This document shows positions 18,209-25,789 of a stretch of 32,000 nt of DNA, piece after piece. A program made the translations under genes and the position numbers. The stretch's first letter is position 1, and the number at the start of each line of letters is the position of its first letter. Source of the stretch: Promethearchaeum syntrophicum (lineage in GTDB: Archaea; Asgardarchaeota; Lokiarchaeia; Sigyniarchaeales; Promethearchaeaceae). The notes under the pieces were generated by a model. That model was not told the origin of the DNA, did no database searches, and worked only from the letters and a program-made list of their open reading frames with translations. The stretch spans positions 2,520,001-2,552,000 of the forward strand of contig NZ_CP042905.2 in assembly GCF_008000775.2 (NCBI RefSeq), in the 5' to 3' direction.

Positions 18209-19411
18209 ATGTCCTTACCGCCGAATATCTTAAATCGAATCATTCAAGAAAATAATGAGCGAGATGACTTAATTTTAGGAAAATTCGCATATCCGAATAA
18301 ATTGGCTAAAAGAAAACATGAAGAATCGCTTGATTATAGATCTATTTTTACTAGGGATGCAGATCGGATTATTCATAGCTTGTCTTTTGCACGTTATTTT
18401 GATAAAACCCAAGCTTTTTTCTGGGTTAATTCTGATATTCACCAACGCAGAATGTTACATGTTCAATTAGTTGCAAAAATTGCGCGAGAATTAGCGATTG
18501 TTTTAAATTTAAATCAAGATTTGGTTGAAGCAATTGCATTGGGTCATGATATCGGTCATGTTCCCTTTGGACATGATGGAGAAAAAATTTTAAGCAGACT
18601 GTGTAATAAACACGGGATTGGTGGATATTACCATAACTTAGGATCTATTCATTTTTTACAAGAAATCGAAATGCAAAATTTAACTCTCCCTGTAGTTGAT
18701 GGAATTCTATGCCACAATGGTGAAAAACACCATCGTATGTTATACCCTTCTCATATTGAACTTACTTGGGAAAATCATGAGAGAGAAATTCAAAAGTTAC
18801 TTGATAGTTCTGAAAAAAATATCTATCCTAAAACGTTAGAAGGGTCGTTAGTTCGTGTTGTGGATACTATTAGCTATATTTCTAGGGATATTTTAGATGC
18901 CGAGCATATGGGTCTATTAAAATTCAGTGATATACCTCAATCAGTTCAAAAAATATTAGGAAATACTAATCGTGGGATTATTAACTGTCTTATTTCAGAT
19001 TTAATTAAAAATTCTATCGATTGTAATTATATTGCATACAGTGAGGATGTTTTTAGTGCCTTAACCGAATTGTATTCGTTTAATTTAAATAGAATTTATC
19101 TCCATGAGGATAAGTTGCAACCTCTTAAAATAATTGAAAAAGCATTTGGAATTCTTTGGGATAAATATTATAATGATTTAACTCAAAAGAAAACCCAGTC
19201 AAAGATATTTGTAGATCACCTGGAATTGAATTTAAATCAAATCAAAACAAGGTTACCAAATATAAACTCTTTGGAAAAATATCCATATGCAAGACAAATG
19301 CCTGAAATAATAGTGCGCGATTTTCTCGCCGGAATGACAGATCAATATTTTTGGGAACTTGCAAGGGAAATTGATCCATCTTTAGTTTTTCACCCAGAAA
19401 CGGTTTATTAA
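18209..19411 (+). CDS. HD-domain dNTP triphosphohydrolase, dGTPase (Dgt)-like
   Basis: 'RSIFTRDADRIIHSLSFARYFDKTQAF', 'HQRRMLHVQLVAKIARELA' and 'AIALGHDIGHVPFGHDGE' match the Dgt/SAMHD1-type HD family. Confidence 0.88.
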   Translation: MSLPPNILNRIIQENNERDDLILGKFAYPNKLAKRKHEESLDYRSIFTRDADRIIHSLSFARYFDKTQAFFWVNSDIHQRRMLHVQLVAKIARELAIVLNLNQDLVEAIALGHDIGHVPFGHDGEKILSRLCNKHGIGGYYHNLGSIHFLQEIEMQNLTLPVVDGILCHNGEKHHRMLYPSHIELTWENHEREIQKLLDSSEKNIYPKTLEGSLVRVVDTISYISRDILDAEHMGLLKFSDIPQSVQKILGNTNRGIINCLISDLIKNSIDCNYIAYSEDVFSALTELYSFNLNRIYLHEDKLQPLKIIEKAFGILWDKYYNDLTQKKTQSKIFVDHLELNLNQIKTRLPNINSLEKYPYARQMPEIIVRDFLAGMTDQYFWELAREIDPSLVFHPETVY

Positions 19412-19530
19412 TTATCTTAAAATTCACACCAGTGGTTCGACTCGGAGAACGAATCGACTTACCCCTCAAACATTTGGTGGACGTTAGAGTTTTTAATAAA
19501 AAGATTGTAATCATCGTTTAATTAAAAAAT

Positions 19531-20349
19531 TTATTTCTTTGCATAGAGCATATATACTCCTGTGGCTGAAAATTTACCTTCTTTATCAGTAATTACGTTA
19601 AATCCTTTGCTTTTCAAAAGGGAAGTAATTTTTTCTAAAAGATTTTCACCACCTACAATATTTGTATGTACCTCCATTGCAATTTGTTTAATCAATTTCC
19701 AGTCGGATTCTGTTATACCTCGTAATATTTGCCACTCGTAATTTTCTGCATCCATCTTTAGAAAATCAATCGAGTTGACATTTGTTTCCTTAATGATGTC
19801 TGATAGAGGCCGAACTTTAATCGGGATTTTTACTCCTTTGAAAACATATTTATGGCCTAATTTAACAACTGTTTTTCTTAGAAATTTCGGTATAAATCGA
19901 GCTATTGGGCTTGTGATGGCCACAGTTTGATCCCAATTCTCAACAGAATTTTTTAATTCTAAATCAAAATCAATAGGGACTATTGCAGAGAGTGTAGTTG
20001 CTCGGGGATAATAGTTAATTTCAATAACCTTCTCAATATCTCCTAATCCAATATTATATTGATGAACTTCCCGTGTACTTGTTATAAATTCGAGATTTTT
20101 TTTTTGAATTTCAAAAACGTCTGGTACTGGCTCAAATGTATATATTTTTAGATTTTTTGCCTTTGTAGCAATAAAACGTGAAAAAATTCCCACATTTGCC
20201 CCTACATCAAATATAACATCCCCATCTTTTACTTTTATACCAAATTTTTCATACTCACGTTCATTAAATATCTCATTATAAGATTCAAGAGCAGAAATTT
20301 TATCAATATAATAGCAAGTTTCTCCATTTGGTAGTTTGCATGATTTCAT
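19531..20349 (-). CDS. FkbM-family SAM-dependent methyltransferase
   Basis: 'VIFDVGANVGIFSRFIA', 'IYTFEPVPDVFEIQKKNL' and 'IDFLKMDAENYEWQIL' are the FkbM (Methyltransf_21) hallmarks. Confidence 0.85.
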   Translation of the reverse strand: MKSCKLPNGETCYYIDKISALESYNEIFNEREYEKFGIKVKDGDVIFDVGANVGIFSRFIATKAKNLKIYTFEPVPDVFEIQKKNLEFITSTREVHQYNIGLGDIEKVIEINYYPRATTLSAIVPIDFDLELKNSVENWDQTVAITSPIARFIPKFLRKTVVKLGHKYVFKGVKIPIKVRPLSDIIKETNVNSIDFLKMDAENYEWQILRGITESDWKLIKQIAMEVHTNIVGGENLLEKITSLLKSKGFNVITDKEGKFSATGVYMLYAKK

Positions 20350-20419
20350 ATTTAAAACCTTTATTTTTGACCCTTTATTTCAACTTTTTACAAATATAAT
20401 AATAATCCTATAGTTAGAT

Positions 20420-21442
20420 TTAATCTTGAAATCTTCTTAAAATATGTTTCACATTTGTTGAAGTAAAAACACCGTTTCGTTTTAAATCTTTAAGAATCTC
20501 TTTAACTACGAGCATTCTACTTTCCTTATTATTCATCTGTTCAGTTTTTGTATAATTGAGGGTGTGATCAAATATTTCTGCAATATTTTCAGAACTAAGG
20601 ATTTTATACTGAGGATCAATTTTAGGTGGGTTCCAATCTTCCATAATTCTATCTTTAATCAATTTTTCATATTTATTATTTATTTCAAACCCAATTCCCA
20701 TTCTATTGGTCAAGCGAGTCATTTTTAAAGTGGTTCCAGATCCTAAAAAGGGATCTAAAACCGTTTCTCCTTCAATTGTATGCATCTTTATAAGTCGATA
20801 GGGGATATCTTCTGGAAATGGAGCACTATGCCCAAATTTATTTTCTCCTTTTGAATTTATTTTAATTATAGGTGAAATATCATCCCAAATCATCCTAACT
20901 GCCCAATGTCGCCATTCATCTTTTGATAATTTTGACTTTGAAAGCAACTTCTTATCTTCAATTTTTCTCGTTTTACCAGGTTTAACAAATGTAAATATTT
21001 GCTCGAAAGCAGTGTTGACGGCAATATTCGTCGGTTTTGGATAAGATCCCCACGATACGTTGTTAATATATGGAGCTTTATTCCAATAAACCATTCCACT
21101 TAGAAATAATCCTTCTTGGAACATGAATTTCTCAATTTCAAACATAATATTTTTAATTATTCTCCTATTAAAACCTGATTTTTCAGCAGAAATTGGTAAG
21201 GGTTGCACATTTATTGAAATTTTCCCGTTAGGTTGTAAAACACGAATACATTCCTTCCAAACTCGGTTCAAAGCATCAATATATTCTTGATATGATTGAT
21301 TAAAACCGATTTGAGTAGAACCATAATCTCTTACATTCCAATAGGGAGGAGAAGTAACGACAAGGGTAACAGACTCATTTGGGATTTGCTGCATGTTTTC
21401 CGATGATGAAAAATACACTTTTTGTTTCTGAAATGTAAACAT
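20420..21442 (-). CDS. Beta-class DNA methyltransferase (N4-cytosine or N6-adenine; N6_N4_Mtase family)
   Basis: Motif IV 'VVTSPPYWNVRDYG' is near the N-terminus and motif I 'VLDPFLGSGTTLKMT' lies ~200 aa later, which is the beta-class order. There is a ~85-aa C-terminal extension. Confidence 0.88.
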   Translation of the reverse strand: MFTFQKQKVYFSSSENMQQIPNESVTLVVTSPPYWNVRDYGSTQIGFNQSYQEYIDALNRVWKECIRVLQPNGKISINVQPLPISAEKSGFNRRIIKNIMFEIEKFMFQEGLFLSGMVYWNKAPYINNVSWGSYPKPTNIAVNTAFEQIFTFVKPGKTRKIEDKKLLSKSKLSKDEWRHWAVRMIWDDISPIIKINSKGENKFGHSAPFPEDIPYRLIKMHTIEGETVLDPFLGSGTTLKMTRLTNRMGIGFEINNKYEKLIKDRIMEDWNPPKIDPQYKILSSENIAEIFDHTLNYTKTEQMNNKESRMLVVKEILKDLKRNGVFTSTNVKHILRRFQD

Positions 21443-21559
21443 TTTTTCCTACAATTTTTAAAATAACCTTTAGTCAAATAAGTTTTTTAGTAAATAAATC
21501 AATATTAAAATATTATTTCCAAAAGAAATTCTAAATCGTAAATATGTTGGGTAAATTTC

Positions 21560-22303
21560 ATGCGAAAATTCTCAGAGGATCCTAATATTAAACCCGCAGA
21601 TATTCGGAAAGAAAAAATATTTGTAGCTATTATTACGGCGTTATTTTTAATTTATGTTTTAATTTGGAGTTTAGTCTATTCTTTTTCTGATGCGATGGCA
21701 ATTATGGGATTAGCCTTCTTTATTTTAGTGCCCGCTCTTGGTACTAATGGAATGATGGTTTTGTGTGGGAAAATCGGCAAAATCCCACGCTTTCCAATTG
21801 ACAATGGTAAAACATTCAAAGATGGGGAGCGAATTTTCGGAGATGGCAAATCTTGGAACGGGTTTATCGGCGGATGGCTTACGGGATTTTTAATTTCGGC
21901 TGCAATTTGTTGGTTTTTCTTTCTCAAAATCGCTGAAGCTGAAATGTATTCTGGATTTAAATTCATTGATTATGATTACATAAGGAATTTTATAAAACAT
22001 GTAATGAATCCTGATGGAACAATTCGTACATCATATTGGTTAAGTCAATGTTTTATTGCCTTAGGTTCTCCAATTGGCGATTTAATTGGGAGTTTCTTTA
22101 AACGTAGAAAAAAGGTTAAACGTGGCGAAGTTTATCTTTTCTGGGATCAAAACGATTTTGTTATTGTTTCTTCCTTAATTGCGTGCATTTGGTTTCCATA
22201 CCATTGGTATTTCTGGATTTTTGTGTTATTGATAACCCCAATACTAACCGCACTCGCAAATTGGGTAGGATACATAATAGGAAAAAAAGATGTACCTTGG
22301 TAA
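21560..22303 (+). CDS. carS: CDP-archaeol synthase (CDP-2,3-bis-O-geranylgeranyl-sn-glycerol synthase)
   Basis: The multi-TM protein carries 'PALGTNGMMVL', 'FPIDNGKTFKDGERIFGDGKSWNGFIGG' and 'GDLIGSFFKRRKKVKRGEVYLFWDQNDFV', characteristic of the archaeal CarS/DUF46 family. Confidence 0.88.
   Translation: MRKFSEDPNIKPADIRKEKIFVAIITALFLIYVLIWSLVYSFSDAMAIMGLAFFILVPALGTNGMMVLCGKIGKIPRFPIDNGKTFKDGERIFGDGKSWNGFIGGWLTGFLISAAICWFFFLKIAEAEMYSGFKFIDYDYIRNFIKHVMNPDGTIRTSYWLSQCFIALGSPIGDLIGSFFKRRKKVKRGEVYLFWDQNDFVIVSSLIACIWFPYHWYFWIFVLLITPILTALANWVGYIIGKKDVPW
22258..22302 (+). repeat. Direct repeat, left copy (attL-like); functional 3' end of carS
   Basis: This 45-nt stretch is 40/45 identical to 25126-25170, and the first 21 nt are identical. 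Confidence 0.9.
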
Positions 22304-22429
22304 TTCTTCTCAATTGATGGATTTATATAATTGTCTCATTAGTATAATGAACAATATTTAATTTTCTACTTAAATTGAATTTAAGAATTTTCCTAGAACT
22401 TTTTATATCAATTTATTTATATAAAGTAT

Positions 22430-24106
22430 ATGTTAGACGAAATAGGAATTGAGTATTTTAAAGGAATAAGACAGCTTGAAAAGCTTAAAATAAAACCAAT
22501 TACCTTATTTTGTGGGAAAAATAGTTCAGGAAAAACATCTATTTTGGAATCAATTCTTTTATTAAAGCAATCTTCAGAAAAAGCCCAATATTTTAAGAAA
22601 TTAATACTAAATGGAAAATACGTTCGATTAGGCGCCTTCAAAGATATATCATGGAATAACGATGAAGATGGAAAAATAATATTTAATTTTAAATTACGAA
22701 ATTTAGGGTGGAACAAAAGAAAGAAAAAAGATAGTGAATTTAGTGTTTTAAATTTAAAATTTCAAAGAAAAGATAATAAAACACTTTTTGATGATGTTAC
22801 ACTAAATCAAATTTTCCTAAAAATTAATGAAAAAGATGGAATTAAATCTATCAATATTGATACAAGTAACCCTAATAAAACTATCCTTAAATGGGATATA
22901 GGTAAGAATTTCCTCCTTGATATATCAAAACATCAAGGACAAATCAATTACCATGAAGAATATACGGAAAATTATTTTCAAGGTTTTCATGAATTCGAAG
23001 ATGCAATTATTTTCATTCGTAGAAAAAAATTAAAAATTGACGATCAACAATATTATCAAATAACCCAAAAGAAATATCATCTGTTAATAGAAAATAAGGA
23101 GAAATTCAAAAGCATTATTAAACAATTTCCAAATATTGAAGAAGAGCATATAAAAGATACAATATTTGAATTAAAAAATTTAGTAAAAGAAAGAACCCTT
23201 ACTGGTCGAATTAGATTTAGCCTTGACAAATTAGAAGAACAAATTAATTTAAAGAAATTGTTAGATAAAAAAACCATAAAACTGTATAAAAATATTTTAG
23301 ATAATATTGATGAGGAATTGATGAGTGATATCAATGATTTCTTTTATGAAATCTCAAGCGCAATTAATAAATTATCAAAAACCTTAAACAAAATATCATT
23401 CATTGGACCCCTCAGAGAAGAACCTTCATTAAGATATACTTGCGAAGACCAAAAACTTGAGATTGGAAATAGAGGTGAAAACGCTCCACTAATTTTTGAA
23501 AGTGAAAAAACACTGAAAACTAAAGAATTCTTTTTAATGGAACAAGGAAGGTTTAAAAAGCTTAGAAATAAAAAATTTTCCGAGATATGGAATCTTTGGT
23601 CAAAATACTTTAATTTTGGATTATTAAATTCAAAATCCACTTCAGATTCAATGTTTAGATTTAGAATTGATGAACACAATTTAAAACATGTTGGATTTGG
23701 AATAAGTCAAGTATTTCCAATATTAATCGAAGGTGTTAGAATTGAAAAAGGCGATACTCTAATTTTAGAACAACCTGAAATTCATCTCCACCCCGATTTA
23801 CAAATGCGGTTAGCAGATTTCTTTATAAGCATGGGTATTTCAGGTAGAAATACAATTATTGAGACCCATAGTGAACACATTATTAATCGAATTGTTCGTC
23901 GAGTTGTAGAGGATAATACTCATAAACTCATAGACCTTATTGCAGTTTATTTTGTAAATATGGGAAAAAACGGACTTGAAATTGAGGAAATAAAGATTGA
24001 TCATAAAGGAATCGTCAATTGGCCAAAAGGATTTTTTGATGAAGCAATGAGGGAACAATCTGCAATAATAAAAAAAATAAGAGAAAATAAAAATAAAGAG
24101 GAATGA
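22430..24106 (+). CDS. ABC/OLD-type AAA ATPase (AAA_15/21-like) with DUF3696-like C-terminus
   Basis: Walker A 'GKNSSGKT' (22514-22537), 'IGPLRE', signature-like 'VGFGISQVFPIL', Walker B/D-loop 'TLILEQPEIHLHPD' (from 23756), H-loop 'ETHSEH' and terminal 'WPKGFFDE'. A ~220-aa K/E/N-rich insertion lies between Walker A and the rest of the NBD. Confidence 0.85.
   Translation: MLDEIGIEYFKGIRQLEKLKIKPITLFCGKNSSGKTSILESILLLKQSSEKAQYFKKLILNGKYVRLGAFKDISWNNDEDGKIIFNFKLRNLGWNKRKKKDSEFSVLNLKFQRKDNKTLFDDVTLNQIFLKINEKDGIKSINIDTSNPNKTILKWDIGKNFLLDISKHQGQINYHEEYTENYFQGFHEFEDAIIFIRRKKLKIDDQQYYQITQKKYHLLIENKEKFKSIIKQFPNIEEEHIKDTIFELKNLVKERTLTGRIRFSLDKLEEQINLKKLLDKKTIKLYKNILDNIDEELMSDINDFFYEISSAINKLSKTLNKISFIGPLREEPSLRYTCEDQKLEIGNRGENAPLIFESEKTLKTKEFFLMEQGRFKKLRNKKFSEIWNLWSKYFNFGLLNSKSTSDSMFRFRIDEHNLKHVGFGISQVFPILIEGVRIEKGDTLILEQPEIHLHPDLQMRLADFFISMGISGRNTIIETHSEHIINRIVRRVVEDNTHKLIDLIAVYFVNMGKNGLEIEEIKIDHKGIVNWPKGFFDEAMREQSAIIKKIRENKNKEE
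24098..24101 (+). promoter_or_regulatory. Shine-Dalgarno-like site for the TTG-initiated second cassette gene
   Basis: 'gagg' lies 9 nt upstream of TTG 24111, within the last codons of the ATPase gene. Only 4 nt separate the stop from the start. Confidence 0.45.
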
Positions 24107-24110
24107 CAAG

Positions 24111-25091
24111 TTGATTAAAGCCATCGCAATTCCTGGATTTTTTGATATTGATTCGAATGCATTTCTTGAAGAATGGGGTGATTGGATAAATGAATTCGAA
24201 ATAAAAATTGATATTCCATTAGAAAATTATAACAATCTTTTTAAAATGTTATATGAAGAGGAACCAAGTCATAAAATTGGAATAATGACACAAGTCTTAG
24301 CAAAAATATTTAGAAATTTAAGCTGTAAAAATCATCAGTTGAAACCGTGTGACTTTTCTTTAAGAGTTTCTTTGAAAAATGATTTTCTTGAGTTCATTCA
24401 TGGATTTTTACATAAAAATAATGATGAACCATTCATTTTACTCTTATCTCACCTTGAATGTGGAGATTTAAATACTACTTATTCTTGTGCGTGTTCAAGT
24501 TTAAAACCTTGTACCAAAATACGAATAATTCAAAATATTGACGATTTAAAATCGGAATTAGTAAATTTATGGAATATCCAAGTACATTTAGCTATTGAAA
24601 GAACACCCCCTTCAAGAAGAGGAAGAACTGAAGATTTAAAGTATTATTCAAAAATCTTCTTGAAATTCTTAAATAATAATGAATTAAATCTTCATTACAA
24701 ATATTTAAAAAACGTTGAAGCTTTGTCTGATGAAGATATACTTAAAGAGATGCTAAACCTTGGAATAAGCGAGACACATAGAGTAGATTTAGTAACAATC
24801 CATTCAAATCAAGAAATGATTTTCATTGAAGCAAAAAGTGATTCAAGTTTTGATTCTCTTAAAGATAAATTTCGTTGTACAAAAAATTTTATTGAAAAGT
24901 ATAAAAATGATTCATTTCCTACATTAAAAGCAATCGGAGTTATTCATAACGATCATTTCATTCCTAAGAAATCTCATTCCTGTAAAAATGGAATTCTTTA
25001 TAAAAAAATTTCAACTAAACAAGAAAAAATGGTAGATTCTCATAATATCCCTTGGCATATGTTTAACGAACGAAATTTAAGGAAAAATTAA
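24111..25091 (+). CDS. Hypothetical protein with C-terminal PD-(D/E)xK-like nuclease motif
   Basis: 326-aa ORF (TTG start). 'GISETHRVDLVTIHSNQEMIFIEAKSD' (24771-24836) gives E221...D226...E240-x-K242 with restriction-endonuclease-like spacing. There is a Cys/His cluster 'HLECGDLNTTYSCACSSLKPC'. The N-terminal ~200 aa are unrecognised. Confidence 0.65.
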   Translation: MIKAIAIPGFFDIDSNAFLEEWGDWINEFEIKIDIPLENYNNLFKMLYEEEPSHKIGIMTQVLAKIFRNLSCKNHQLKPCDFSLRVSLKNDFLEFIHGFLHKNNDEPFILLLSHLECGDLNTTYSCACSSLKPCTKIRIIQNIDDLKSELVNLWNIQVHLAIERTPPSRRGRTEDLKYYSKIFLKFLNNNELNLHYKYLKNVEALSDEDILKEMLNLGISETHRVDLVTIHSNQEMIFIEAKSDSSFDSLKDKFRCTKNFIEKYKNDSFPTLKAIGVIHNDHFIPKKSHSCKNGILYKKISTKQEKMVDSHNIPWHMFNERNLRKN

Positions 25092-25125
25092 AAAACCTTT
25101 ATTGCAATTTTTTCGATCAATAATA

Positions 25126-25170
25126 AAATTGGGTAGGATACATAATTGGAAAAAAAGAGGTCCCATGATA
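25126..25170 (+). repeat. Direct repeat, right copy (attR-like); displaced remnant of a carS 3' end
   Basis: In the carS frame it reads NWVGYIIGKKEVP*, versus NWVGYIIGKKDVPW* in the live gene. No upstream carS sequence is attached to it. Confidence 0.9.
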
Positions 25171-25175
25171 GTTTT

Positions 25176-25691
25176 CTAAGAGTCTGATTTACAATAAGGG
25201 CATATTTCTTGAGAGGCTTTTATTTCAGACCCACAAAACGGACAATATTGCCTCTGAACATCGGTATCTGGATTATTTAATATATTATCAAATCTTTGAG
25301 CAATTTCCAGATATTCTGGGGTTTTTCGATTTTGAAATTTTACGTGGTCGATGTTCATGCTTTCTGCCCATTTTTTCATAATTTCATCAGGAAATTTCCA
25401 AACAGCCCCTTTCCCAAGAATACTAAATTTAACCTCAACTAAAACTAAGGTAGTCTTTTCATCTGGAAGATACCCAAATTTAAGCTTGAAAGTTTGACCA
25501 CTTGATGTTCCATAAATTTTCATGGTAATTCCATGTTTAAAAACAAAAACACGGAGTAAATCATTAGCAGAACTCTTTTGTTCAATTATTTCTCCATTTC
25601 TACTTTCCCAAAACATTGAATTTTTCGACCAAATTTCATCTATATCCAAATTCAATACATAAAATCCATATTTTTTCGGCATTTTTTCCAC
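25176..25691 (-). CDS. Hypothetical protein with C-terminal zinc ribbon
   Basis: 171-aa ORF (GTG 25691, or ATG 25682). It ends 'CPFCGSEIKASQEICPYCKSDS' (CxxC-x9-CxxC). Confidence 0.6.
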   Translation of the reverse strand: MEKMPKKYGFYVLNLDIDEIWSKNSMFWESRNGEIIEQKSSANDLLRVFVFKHGITMKIYGTSSGQTFKLKFGYLPDEKTTLVLVEVKFSILGKGAVWKFPDEIMKKWAESMNIDHVKFQNRKTPEYLEIAQRFDNILNNPDTDVQRQYCPFCGSEIKASQEICPYCKSDS

Positions 25692-25789
25692 TTGTGAAAC
25701 TAATATTTTTTATTTCTTATTAGTTTCAAATCTTACAACTAAGTATAAATATTTAATTTTTCAATAGACCATTTTTTGTCTGGACTAAA

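Larger units (their letters stand above)
22258..25170. mobile_element. Integrated mini-cassette (2913 bp including repeats) in the carS 3' end; two cargo genes, no recombinase
   Basis: The segment is bounded by 45-nt imperfect direct repeats that duplicate the carS 3' end. Mismatches occur only at third codon positions. Homology ends abruptly outside the repeats. Confidence 0.75.

Noticed and set aside
22417-24124. Antisense ORFs inside the ATPase gene (22417..22716, 23077..23334, 23344..23679, 23840..24124)
   Set aside because: All are short and S/F/L/I-rich, the complement of the K/E/N-rich sense codons. They are fragmented by stops, whereas the + strand gives one continuous 558-aa protein with ordered ATPase motifs.
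22258-25170. The repeat pair as a simple tandem duplication, gene conversion or assembly artefact
   Set aside because: A recent duplication or a collapsed assembly would give identical copies. Here there are five differences, all at third codon positions, and homology ends sharply at 22258/25126. Read-level confirmation is still desirable.
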